From the NCBI GenBank assembly GCA_964016885.1, contig OZ024754.1, positions 41,726,001 to 41,790,000 of the forward strand: a stretch of 64,000 bases of DNA. The letters run 5' to 3'. Positions 28,101 through 39,925 of the stretch are shown one piece after another (within the stretch, counting starts at the first letter, position 1; each line of letters begins with the position of its first letter). The translations under genes were made by a program, and so were the position numbers. Under the pieces are notes generated by a model that saw only the letters and a list, made by a program, of their open reading frames with translations, did not search any database and had not been told where the DNA came from. The stretch comes from Eledone cirrhosa (taxonomy: Eukaryota).

Positions 28101-28680
28101 TACACCACAGCATATCACATTACACCTCAGCATATCACATTACACCTCAGCATATCACATTACACCTCAGCATATCACATTACACCTCAGCATATCACAT
28201 TACACCTCAGCATATTACATTACAACTCAGCATATCACATTACACCTCAGCATATCACATTACACCACAGCATATCACATTACACCACAGCATATCACAT
28301 TACACCTCAGCATATCACATTACACCTCAGCATATCACATTACACCTCAGCATATCACATTACACCACAGCGTATCACATTACACCACAGCATATCACAT
28401 TACACCACAGCATATCACATTACACCTCAGCATATCACATTACACCTCAGCATATCACATTACACCTCAGCATATCACATTACACCTCAGCATATCACAT
28501 TACACCTCAGCATATTACATTACAACTCAGCATATCACATTACACCTCAGCATATCACATTACACCACAGCATATCACATTACACCACAGCATATCACAT
28601 TACACCTCAGCATATCACATTACACCTCAGCATATTACATTACAACTCAGCATATCACATTACACCACAGCATATCATAG
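25111..28680. repeat. 20-bp satellite (~178 units) with higher-order repeats
   Basis: CATATCACATTACACC(A/T)CAG, invariant length; decays into CACAT pentamers to ~28865. Confidence 0.97.
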
Positions 28681-29981
28681 CATATCACATATTATATCAC
28701 ATCATGTCATATCATATATCACATCATATCATATATCACACCACATCATATCATATTACATCACATCACAACACATCATATAATATAACACCATATCGCA
28801 TCATATCGCATCACATCACATCACACTGTACACCACATCATCACACCACACCACATCACATCACACGGCCATTCTATAATATAATAGTTGTTTTAACTCT
28901 TTTATTTCAGTTTTTCCACATCTTTCATTCAGTTTCCTTATCATAAAACTCGTTATCTCCTGAGAGCTAGAACTTATTATTATTATTATTCCACAAGTTT
29001 TAAAACTTTATTCAAACGTAATGATGTTTTCTTTTTTAATTCTTTTGTGTTATTAATGTATATTTGTTGGCTAATTATGTTGTAATTATTGCCTCTAGCA
29101 ACTTGAGTTCCTCCACCCCACCACCATCACACCCGTCGTTATAGACAAACAGACATTAATTTTGTAAATTCCTTAGTGGCATATGTATTGAAATATTTAG
29201 AATTTTGCTTTGGGGCTAATAAAATTATCAGTTTTGTTTGTTTTTCTAAATAGTTAGATATTAAATTGTAATTAAATGGTAAATATGAAAGTTTTCGTGT
29301 TAACTTCTAAATTCTAATTAAGCGTTAACTATATATTTGTTTATCTGTATTGTTTTTAGCTTATTTTTATGTTATATTTTTGTTTTTAAACTATTTTGTC
29401 TGCAATAAAATTAGTATTTTTTAAGTTTATAATTACCAATGTGCAAAACAGTTTGGTGCAATTTTTATAATTTGGAATTTTGTAAAATAAAAATCAGTTA
29501 TTTGTGACTAATAAGGAAACAACAGTGCCTGGGTTAGTCACAGACTGCACCAGGTTGCCGCTGGAGAATGTGCCACAGCATGTGGCATCACAGGTGAGGG
29601 GTCTATCACCATGGAACGGGAAGATGGTCATGCCGTCAGACCTTTTGACATCCCCTCGGTCCAGCCCCACGGCTCAAGCTGGGAGAGGAAGCCTGCAGCA
29701 TCCAAGCCATGCTTTATGACCTCATTGAGAGCAGCATGGTGTGGAAGACAACCTCACTAAATCCCTCAAAATTCTTGATTATTTTCAAAAATTATTTGAA
29801 AGTGATAGGCAGCATCTTTCAAAAGGAATATGCTAATGAAAGGGTTCCAGGGATTTATTCAATTAATATTAATTTTCATGTTTAAGCTGAAAAACTATTT
29901 CTATCTTGTTTATATATTGCCAAAATGAGTACTTACTAGTGGATATTTTAAAGAATAAATTTGATAGTGTTTCAGGTATGT

Positions 29982-30212
29982 TTAACCTCTTCAGTGCCGT
30001 AGACAAGATAACTGGTCCCAACATGTTTGAACGTTTTTCCAACAGTTCATAACTTCAAAACTAGATGGAGTTACTAGTTTATTGATGTGACATTTGTCAA
30101 TCATTCAGATATGTGTTGTTAATAAATGTTTGTTAAAAAAAATTTGTCATTTTACTGGGAAAAAAACCCCAGCACAGCAACTGTAAAATATACACGGCAG
30201 TCAACAGGTTAA
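29982..30212. mobile_element. TTAA-type MITE family 4
   Basis: TTAACCTCTTCAGTGCCGT...ACGGCAGTCAACAGGTTAA imperfect TIRs. Confidence 0.65.
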
Positions 30213-30291
30213 AGGCTTTAACATTTGTCTCATGGAAAGTAAATTTCTAAGACTTTTAATGATGATAAAGACCAGAAAAATGCTGGAAACA

Positions 30292-30483
30292 CGAGGATCA
30301 GCTGAAAAGTTCATAAGCAGATACTCTCATGGAATGACCAAATGAGGTTTATTTTTCAAGATAGTCCCTGGAAAGAAACAATGCAGTTGTTAATAAAAAG
30401 AGTTGAAATTAATGCATGCAAGATTTCACAGCTCTAGCATCACTCCTTCATAGTTAGCCTCTGAACTTTTCAGCCGACCCTCA
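30292..30483. mobile_element. mariner-like MITE
   Basis: CGAGGATCAGCTGAAAAGTTCA...TGAACTTTTCAGCCGACCCTCA-TA; CGAGGG-type mariner termini. Confidence 0.75.
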
Positions 30484-31567
30484 TATAAGAACTTTGTGGT
30501 AAATCATAAAAGTGAAAAGTGTTAACAGCCCCCCCCCCCCACAAAAGATCTATCATCTAATAAAGGCAATTTCCAATTAATTATTGTTAATAATGAGTTA
30601 ATTAACTTGTAACAGACATGAATACTACTTAATTAACTGAACCATAGTAGAGCTACACAGAAGAGAGAATGTTTGTATTATCTAGAGATTAACTTTGAGA
30701 ATAAGATCTGTTGTGAATAGATAACAACTGTTCAGTCATGTAATATCAACTAATAAGTAATGTTGTAGGGCACCTTTTTTTTTAGTTTTTGTTTTACATG
30801 TATTTCTAAAAAAGAAATTTTAACATGCCAGTGTGGCTAGGATAGTTTTTGTTGACACAGTTTACAACTGGCTAACCGTTCATATACAATCTACAACCAC
30901 TTATATATATTTATACATGAAGTAATACTGACACCTACTGTTTGCTCTGTTGTCTAAAGCAAGCAGAGTTAAATACCTTACTTGTGAACAAAACAATGGT
31001 TGATTTTATAATCATATAGTTAATAGTCTAGTGTGTATTCCATTCTTTGGTAAACAATTCTTGAAACTTGTTTGATTTCCTCCTATCTATTAAGTACTGT
31101 TTCAATTTTATTGTGTCTGGGGAAATACATGCAACTATGTATTTTATTGTTGTAAACATTACCATAAAGATATAACTAGCTTTCGGTTCAGTGTTTCAAG
31201 CTATGGTTTTATGTTTTTTTATGGTGATTTATGCATCTAAGGATAAAAGAAATGAAATCAGTACTCAGAAATATACTTAATATAAGACAATCTTGATTTA
31301 AACCACTTTAAAGTCAGCTGACCATCTTGATCAATAGTTTGATTATGAGTATATTGTATTGTATTGGCATTCACTGTGATAGTGTTGGACATCACAGAAA
31401 TTGAGGTGCTTGGCATTACTGAAGTAGTCCTATCCATGCTAGCGTGGAAGATGGTCGTTAAACGATGATGATTACACTGAAGGAATATAGGGCAGTAACA
31501 GAAGTATTGATTAATATAAGACATGTTGATGGACTTACTAAGGTTTATTGTGTTGGTCAGTATCTTG

Positions 31568-31792
31568 TTAACCCTTTAGCATTTAAACCAGCCATAACCG
31601 ACCAGAATTCTTTCACCTCTTTTTGTTCAAACCGGCCGTAACTGGCCACTCCTACTGATGTTAAGATATTGTTCTCAAAATAAATAACATTAAAATCTCG
31701 TAGATTCGATATTATGTGAGATAATTATGTGAGGTAAAGCCTTTACCATGAAAATACAATAGTATATATATAGAGTAATGTGAATGCTAAAG
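31568..31792. mobile_element. piggyBac-like MITE family 1 copy (right TIR damaged)
   Basis: TTAACCCTTTAGCATTTA...GAATGCTAAAG. Confidence 0.82.
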
Positions 31793-32114
31793 ATGCTTGA
31801 GATTTGATTCAAGTAAAACTTGCAAAGTCCATATTCTGCAGCCCATTCTTCCTGACCAACATTGGTCTTGGTGGGCTTTCAGAGACCATCGACCACAGTC
31901 GATTCTTCCAGACCAATCCAATACAGACCCACTCCACCCAACCTCCACTTACTACAAATTCCAGGCCATTCTTTCTTGTTGGCTGTTTAATGTTTCCAAC
32001 TAATAACTAGACTGAAATATTCTTCATAAAGTCATGTCTGCTTTATAAAAAGGCTGGATTCTATTTCAGGACCAGAAAACACATCTGACACATCTGAGCT
32101 GTTAACATTATAGA

Positions 32115-32282
32115 TAGTCGGACGCCATGCTTTGCAGCATAGAGTTATGCCCCTTTATGGTCTGAGTTCAAATCCCGCCGAGGTTAACTTTGCCTTTCAT
32201 CCTTACGGGGGTCGATAAAATAAAGTACCAGTAATGTACTGGGATAATTGCTGGCCTTGTGCCTAAAGTAGAAATAATTATA
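32115..32282 (+). mobile_element. SINE group A
   Basis: GAGTTCAAATCCCGCCGAGGTTAACTTTGCCTTTCATCC. Confidence 0.85.
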
Positions 32283-33080
32283 GTACATGTAACACTCTGT
32301 ACTATATTAGGAGTACTTTTTATACATATGGAATGGTGTAGATATATTAGGGGTACATCTCACACATGGGATAGTATAGATATAGAAAGTACATGTAATA
32401 CTCTGTACTATATTAGGAGTACATTTCACACATATAGAATGGCATAGATATATTAGGGGTACATCTCACACATGGGATAGTATAGATATAGAAAGTACAT
32501 GTAATACTCTGTACTATATTAGGAGTACATCTCAGACATATGGGATGGTGTAGATATATTAGGGGTACATCTCACACATGGGATAGTATAGATATAGAAA
32601 GTACATGTAATACTCTGTACTATATTAGGAGTACATCTCAGACATATGGGATGGTGTAGATATATTAGGGGTACATCTCACACATGGGATAGTATAGATA
32701 TAGAAAGTACATGTAATACTCTGTACTATATTAGGAGTACATCTCAGACATATGGGATGGTGTAGATATATTAGGGGTACATCTCACACATGGGATAGTA
32801 TAGATATAGAAAGTACATGTAATACTCTGTACTATATTAGGAGTACATCTCAGACATATGGGATGGTGTAGATATATTAGGGGTACATCTCACACATGGG
32901 ATAGTATAGATATAGAAAGTACATGTAATACTCTGTACTATATTAGGAGTACATCTCAGACATATGGGATGGTGTAGATATATTAGGGGTACATCTCACA
33001 CATGGGATAGTATAGATATAGAAAGTACATGTAATACTCTGTACTATATTAGGAGTACATCTCAGACATATGGGATGGTA
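32283..33080. repeat. 106-bp tandem repeat (~7.5 units) built of three GTACAT-initiated subunits
   Basis: GTACATGTAATACTC at 32495, 32601 and onward. Confidence 0.93.
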
Positions 33081-33924
33081 TAAATATAAACACATCCCAT
33101 CCTGGAACATACCCCTCCTCATTCCCTTCCCTCATTCCCTTCCCTCATTCCCTTCCCTCATTCCCTTCCTTCTACTTCCTCACCACAAAGGATGGTTGCC
33201 TGGCAGGCTGGTCTTCAATGAAACTCTGTATCAAAAGACTCCAGTTGTATAAAAATAACAATGTTAGATGACTAAAAGTGTGGGGAACTTGCTTTGTAAA
33301 AATCTTATCTCAAAGTATTGTGGTTGGAATACATGACAAAATATTAGAAATTATTTTACAGAGAATCAGTTTATATTTCAATTGTGTTTTTACTCCATAT
33401 AAATACTTAGATCTTGTCATCTGTTCTACTTGGTTAGAAGAAACTATTTTAAAGAATCTTCTATTTGTGGTTATGTGTGTGTATGTTGTTGATATTAGTG
33501 GTGTGTACTGTGTGGGGTTGTGTGTCTGGTTATGTATGTGTGTGTATGTGGTTGATATTAGTGGTGTGTACTGTGTGGGGTTGTGTGTCTGGTTATGTAA
33601 GTGTGTGTATGTGGTTGATATTAGTGTACTGTGTGGGGTTATAGATTATGTATGTGTCTGGCTGATATTAGAACTGTGTGTGATGTGTTGTGTGAGGTGT
33701 GTTATTATATAGGTTGTGTTGTGTGAGGTGTGTTATTATATAGGTTGTGTTGTGTGATGTGTTGTGTGAGGTGTGTTATTATATAGGTTGTGTTGTGTGA
33801 TGTGTTGTGTGAGGTGTGTTATTATATAGGTTGTGTTGTGAGGTGTGTTGGGTGATGATTGTATATGCTATGTGTTATACAGACTGTTTTGCATGTGTTG
33901 TACTATTGAATTAAAAGTGTCTTA

Positions 33925-34351
33925 TATAAGATATAGACCATGTCTAACTTGGTTATATTTTAGACTGTATAAGATATAGACCATGTCTAACTTGGTTATA
34001 TTTTAGACTGTACAAGATATAGACCATGTCTAACTTGGTTATATTTTAGACTGTATAAGATATAGACCATGTCTAACTTGGTTATATTTTAGACTGTATA
34101 AGATATAGACCATGTCTAACTTGGTTATATTTTAGACTGTATAAGATATAGACCATGTCTAACTTGGTTATATTTTAGACTGTATAAGATATAGACCATG
34201 TCTAACATGGTTATATTTTAGACTGTATAAGATATAGACCATGTCTAACATGGTTATATTTTAGACTGTATAAGATATAGACCATGTCTAACTTGGTTAT
34301 ATTTTAGACTGTATAAGATATAGACCATGTCTAACTTGGTTATATTTTAGA
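33925..34351. repeat. 43-bp minisatellite (~10 units)
   Basis: TATAAGATATAGACCATGTCTAACTTGGTTATATTTTAGACTG. Confidence 0.95.
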
Positions 34352-34929
34352 TTGTGTGATGAGTGGTTAACACTGGTGTAGACTTTTGTTCATGTTTATC
34401 TTATCTAGTCTTGTAATCATTACTAGTACTGCAATTATTATTGCTTGTACTGTGATAAAATGTACTCAGTACAAACTATAAAGTGGTTGGCATCAGGAAG
34501 GGTATTCAGCTGTAGAAATCCTGTCACCAAAATAGAACATATGAGAAAGACAGGGTTCTCTAACCTGTCTTTCTCCTGGACTGTGACAACTGGTTCAACT
34601 CATGTAAACATGGAAAACAGATGTAATATGATGATAATGATGATGACTGTTTTTACATTCACACCACACATCCTGCTTATTTTAATTTCAAGTTGCTTCT
34701 ACTTTGACAGTTGATATGTAAATATATCTATAAAAGACTTTACTCTGACACATATAATACACACAGTTTTCTAACATGACCTATCTTGTTATCAGGTTAA
34801 ACGTGGTGCTTGAATGGAAAAGTGTAAAATTATTGAGATCATTATGGAAAATCTATATTTATATAAATATATAATATTTTGTGTAGGTGCATGGCTTACT
34901 ACAATCATGTCGGGCTTACTACAATCATC

Positions 34930-35195
34930 ATATTGTGAGTTTGATTCCTAGACTTGGCGTTGTGTTGTGTCCTTGAGCAAGACACTTTATTTCACGTTGC
35001 TTCAGCTGTAGAAATGAGTTGCCAAGCTGTATCAGCCATTGCCTTTCCCATTTGAGGATATTAGTTGGGTAGAGAGGAAAGACTAGTATGGAAGGGCGAC
35101 TGCTGGTCTTCCACAAATAACCATGCCCGGACTTGTCTCAGAGGGGGACCTCTCTTGGTGCATATCCCATGTTGGGGGGGGGGGGGGTCTTTACC
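34930..35195 (+). mobile_element. SINE group B with third tail type
   Basis: Core followed by GCCAAGCTGTATCAGCCATTGCCTTTCCC...CTGCTGGTCTTCCACAAA; related minus-strand copies at ~6725-6912 and ~23750-24290. Confidence 0.8.
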
Positions 35196-35269
35196 TGTAC
35201 CTTATATAATATGAGGCTAATCATACCATATATATAGGTGTTAAAACTATGTGTTTGCACCTATATGAA

Positions 35270-35361
35270 GTTCCAGCAGAAAAGCGAGGTAGAGAAGTAC
35301 ATTACTTAGATAACAACCATAAGTCAGAAACAGCTGTCAGTAACCTTGCTTCTGCTGGAAC
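35270..35361 (+). ncRNA. Decayed hammerhead: long stem I and 3' core retained, CUGAnGA lost
   Basis: GTTCCAGCAGAA..GCGAGGT pairs with ACCTTGCTTCTGCTGGAAC; ACTTA/TAAGT stem II; GAAACAGCTGTC. Confidence 0.5.
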
Positions 35362-35684
35362 TCACTAGGTGGCGTCCTGCCACCACCTTTTAAAATTCAT
35401 AGCTAAAGGCTTTCAAATGTTTATTTGTAAACATAGCATATATTATTCGATATACAAAATTTACATGCTTATATAATTATATTAAGATTTAGTATAAAAA
35501 GTTAGGAAAGAAATACTTTGAGAGTTAATGTCTGTCTTAATGCTTAAAGAAAGACAAGAAAACCACAACTTAATTGGTTCAATTAAAAACAATCAAACAA
35601 AACATTTGTGTAAAGCCATCATAATTAGGTGTTCATTTATTGGTATAATTTAAATTAAATTGTTGGCAATATATATATATATAA

Positions 35685-36270
35685 TAATGAAATTATTGTG
35701 TACAGTGCTCAGATGCACTACAACTCATCAAAGGTGCATGTATAGCACATAGAATAATGTACAAATGTCAGGAAAGTAAACCGTGTATGAGTCATGTTAT
35801 ACATGTGTGTGTGTATGGAGGGGGGATATCAGGTGTAGTGTTGGTGAATTTCAGCAAACCTGGAGGTTTTAAAGGATACAGTGTCTCAGCAGCTAACAAC
35901 TGATGCAGGTAGTTTGTTCCATGGAGGTTTTAAAGGATGCAGTGTCTCGACAGCTAACAACTGATGCAGGTAGTTTGTTCCATGGAGGTTTTAAAGGATG
36001 CAGTGTCTCGACAGCTAACAACTGATGCAGGTAGTTTGTTCCATGGAGGTTTTAAAGGATGCAGTGTCTCGACAGCTAACAACTGATGCAGGTAGTTTGT
36101 TCCATGGAGGTTTTAAAGGATGCAGTGTCTCGACAGCTAACAACTGATGCAGGTAGTTTGTTCCATGGAGGTTTTAAAGGATGCAGTGTCTCGACAGCTA
36201 ACAACTGATGCAGGTAGTTTGTTCCATGCTTCAGCAACTCTGAGCGTGAAAATTGTTTCCGAAAGTCATA
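35685..36270 (-). mobile_element. CR1/L2-group LINE 3' end containing a 61-bp tandem expansion (35861-36228, ~6 units)
   Basis: Minus-strand WNKLPASVVSCRDTASFKTS motif; 3' end ...CACTGTACACAATAATTTCATTATTA. Confidence 0.75.
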
Positions 36271-36499
36271 TATAAAGATGGATTGGAATTGAACCCCTTT
36301 CATTGTCAGGTTGTTAATGAAAATAACAGTTTAGAGGTACTAGATAACATTCTCATTATTAAGCTTGTGTTGGGAACATAATTTAACAAAGGTTCTTATT
36401 TATTTATTTAATCAATTTAAATGTCCATATACAGTTAGTAAGCCATGATAGACTAGGGGAAGTATTGAGTACTTCTTACAGTTGAGAAACAAAAAAACA

Positions 36500-36830
36500 A
36501 GATATACAGTTGTCCTTTTGTATGCAAGGAGAAACCTTTTGTTGTCAACAGTGGGAGTAGCTCTCTAAACTTCCATCTTATCCTTATTCTAGCTATTATG
36601 CTCTCAGAGCACCCTCCTCTGCTGCTAATGAAGTCACCTAAATAAGCAGAAGCTATCAACTACTTCTATGGATCCTTCCTGTGACTGGGAAAGGTTTATA
36701 TCATTGAAGCTCTTCCTCTCAATTACCCCTGTACATCTTCTACATACAAAGTCTTCCCTTCCTATTAGTCCACCTGTTATCCCACTACATGTCTTGTGTA
36801 CCCAGGATTTACATTGTATAGAGTGGTGTT
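36500..36830 (-). mobile_element. RTE-clade RT fragment with a PHD-like Cys motif
   Basis: IQCKSWVHKTCSGITGGLIGREDFVCRRC then YLGDFISSRGGCSESIIARIR...KFRELLPLL. Confidence 0.8.
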
Positions 36831-36878
36831 TATATAAACCTATATTATGTAAGTTGGAGTGGTGTGTGTGTGTGTATG

Positions 36879-36918
<40 letters not shown>

Positions 36919-36921
<3 letters not shown>

Positions 36922-37063
36922 TTATTAAAATAACAGATTAAAGTTTAAGCAAAGAATCGCTGCTTTCACCCTTAACGGGATCTTCTGAAAGTTTCAGAAG
37001 ATCCTGTTAAGGGTGAAAGCAGCGATTCTTTGCTTAAACTTTAATCTGTTATTTTAATAAATA
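36919..37063. repeat. 145-bp near-perfect palindrome (72-bp arms, 1 mismatch, 1-nt spacer)
   Basis: Centre CTGAAA-G-TTTCAG at 36991; a truncated single arm recurs at 24060-24118. Confidence 0.95.
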
Positions 37064-37169
37064 TTTGCTCTACGGTTCTTATATATTTGATATATATTTA
37101 TCCTTATCGAGCCCTCTTTGGATTTTAGTTTTCAAATTTATTATTATTACTATATATATATATATATAT

Positions 37170-37512
37170 CATCATTTCATCATCATTTCATTTTATATCC
37201 ACTTTTCCCTGCTTGCAAGGGTGGGACGGGAACTGATTCTGGCTTGATTTCTACAGCTGGATGCCCTTCCTAACACCAACCTCATTTACAGTGAGTGCTG
37301 GGTGCTCTTTTGCCGTGGCACCTACACGACCACTTTGCAGTGGAATGATAGGGACCCCAGTCCCTATCATCTCATTTCTACAGCTGAGTAAACTGGAGCA
37401 ATGTGAAATAAAGTGTCTTGCTCAAGGAAACAACGCATCACCCGGTCTGAGAATTGAACTCACAACCTTTCGATTGCAAGGCCAATGCTCTAACCACTAA
37501 GCCATGTGCCTC
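37170..37512 (-). mobile_element. tRNA-derived CORE-like SINE group B, full length, with (GAT)n tail
   Basis: Minus strand TGGCTTAGTGG A box, GAGTTCAATTC B box, CCTTGAGCAAGACACTTTATTTCAC core, tail GTTAGGAAGGGCATCCAGCTGTAGAAA...GATGATG. Confidence 0.88.
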
Positions 37513-37652
37513 CATATATATATATATACCAATGATGGTTGGCAAATCACTGATGAGGGACTAATTTTATAATATATAACCCATGTGCAACCACGCAGTG
37601 TTACTCTTTCTTCCCATGTTTTTCATATATATATATTACCCAAGTTAGGGTG

Positions 37653-37696
<44 letters not shown>

Positions 37697-37710
37697 CCCA
37701 AGTTGGAGTG

Positions 37711-37872
<162 letters not shown>

Positions 37873-38017
37873 CCAAGTTGTGGTGTTTATATATAAACTG
37901 GCATCATTCCTTCTAACCTATATTATGTTGTTACTTTATTTTGTTCACTTGTTAAAAGGCTTGCAGGACTTCATAATTGCTGCTAACAATCTTTTATAAT
38001 TTGAGCAGTCACATGTC

Positions 38018-38069
<52 letters not shown>

Positions 38070-38135
38070 TAATATATATATATATATATATGAGAGAGAT
38101 GACAAAAACAATACAGGAGAACAATACACTATAAT

Positions 38136-38268
38136 TGTTTCTACTTTTGGCACAAGGCCAGTGTATTACTGGTACTTTATTTTATCGACCCCCGTAAGGA
38201 TGAAAGGCAAAGTTAACCTCGGCGGGATTTGAACTCAGAATGGCAAGGGCTGTAACTCTATGCATCAA
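38136..38268 (-). mobile_element. 5'-truncated SINE group A with 16-bp TSD
   Basis: AACAATACACTATAAT at 38120-38135 and 38269-38284. Confidence 0.85.
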
Positions 38269-38319
38269 AACAATACACTATAATGATGATATATAGCAAA
38301 TGCTTATATATATATATAT

Positions 38320-38370
38320 AGTAGGAAAAAAGATTTAATGTTTCTGACATCAGTCCTTTAACGGAAAGAG
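38320..38370 (-). mobile_element. Degenerate copy of the 62377 hammerhead-bearing element
   Basis: Minus strand CCGTTAAAGGACTGATGTCAGAAACATTAAATCTTTTTTCCTACTAT aligns with 62381-62428. Confidence 0.55.
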
Positions 38371-38797
38371 AAGTAGAAATAGAAAGACGTGTGTCAGAAA
38401 AGAAAGACCATGAAAAAAGTTTGTTTTTATCTCTAGTCAGCCATTTTGTAAGATTGCATGTAAAGCGATAGTGCTGGTGCCATGTTAAAAGGCACCCAGT
38501 GCACTATGCAAAGTGTTATTGCTGGTATCATGATAAAATGTACTCAATACATTATTTCTACGCACACACATACACACATACACACACACGCGCTGTAAAG
38601 TGGTTGTGTTGGCGACACAGCAAAAAGCACCCAACGCCCACTGTAAGTTAGGAAGGGCATCCAGCTGTAGAAACCAAGCTAAAATCAGTTTTGTGTGAGC
38701 GAATTCACAGCACCCCTCCCCGGATTGATCCCTCGTAAAAGGACAGCCCGTCCAACCTATGCTAGCACGTTAATGATGATGATGAGATATATATAAT

Positions 38798-38984
38798 TGT
38801 TTCTACTTTAGGCACAAGGCCAGCAAATTACCCAGTACATTACTGTTACTTTATTTTATCGACCCCGTAAGGATGAAAGGCAAAGTTAACCTCGGCGGGA
38901 TTTGAACTGTCTGTAAAGGGACGTAACTCTGTGCTGCAAAGCATGTCGTCCAACCCTCTACCGATACTGCCAATCCACCACCCT
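38798..38984 (-). mobile_element. Full-length SINE group A with 15-bp TSD
   Basis: TGAGATATATATAAT on both sides. Confidence 0.88.
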
Positions 38985-39925
38985 TGAGATATATATAATG
39001 TGAAAGAAAGATGCTTACTTTCCTTAATGACACCAAATTTCTTATATATTTTGTAAATTTAAATGTCTTAAGTAAAAGTTCTTTATCTTCTGTTTATCAA
39101 CCGTTTGGTCCTTCATTGCTGCATACATGTCAGTGTCGTTGTTGTTGTTGTTTTTAAAACAACAATGTTTAACCTGTTGTACTTCTGAGCTGTCTAGAAA
39201 GGTGGAAAGGTTGCTTTCCTTATAAGGATGTTCATTGAGTAATATCTTCAGTATACAGGCTGTGGAGCCTCCAGTATTTAGTAACTCCTGTCCTACATAT
39301 TTGGCCACATATTTTAAGTTGACATCCGACACTTGTGATTTAACAGATTATGATTGGTTCCATCTATTTCCAGTATGTAAGCAAACATCTCGGTGCCTTT
39401 CCTGCCCACCGTTCTGTAGCAACCTTCTCTTTCACATCCACTTCTTGTTATTAAATAAATGATATGGTTCATGGTTCCATGGTGAGATGTCCCTTAGATA
39501 AGACCTCTTCCATTAGCTGGTCATTGTTTGGTGCTGGTGTGGAGAGGATGGTTCCATGGTGAGATGTCCCTTAGATAAGACCTCCTCCATTAGTCATTGT
39601 CTGCTGGTGTGGAAAGGATGGTTAATGGCTCCATGGTAAAGTGAAGATATGTATGTGTGGATACATGTGTGTGTGTGTGTAGATATGTATATACGTAGGA
39701 CTATGTTGAAAAATAAACCGCATGTGGTCCTTCCATGAGAGCATCTTGTTCAACCTATGAACTTTTCATCTGACCCTTGTAATTTAAAGAAATAATAATT
39801 TTTATAAAAAGCCCCAAATTTCTGGAATCTCACATTATTTTCTCTAATTATAATGTACTATTTCATATTTGCATATTGTAAAATTGATTCAAGATAACTG
39901 CAATCTTTGAAAGTTTAACCCTTTA

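Noticed and set aside
37545-37605. CTGATGAG hammerhead-like start (similar cases at ~115 CTGAAGAG and ~56988 CTGATGAG)
   Set aside because: No properly placed GAAA and stem III; too decayed to call
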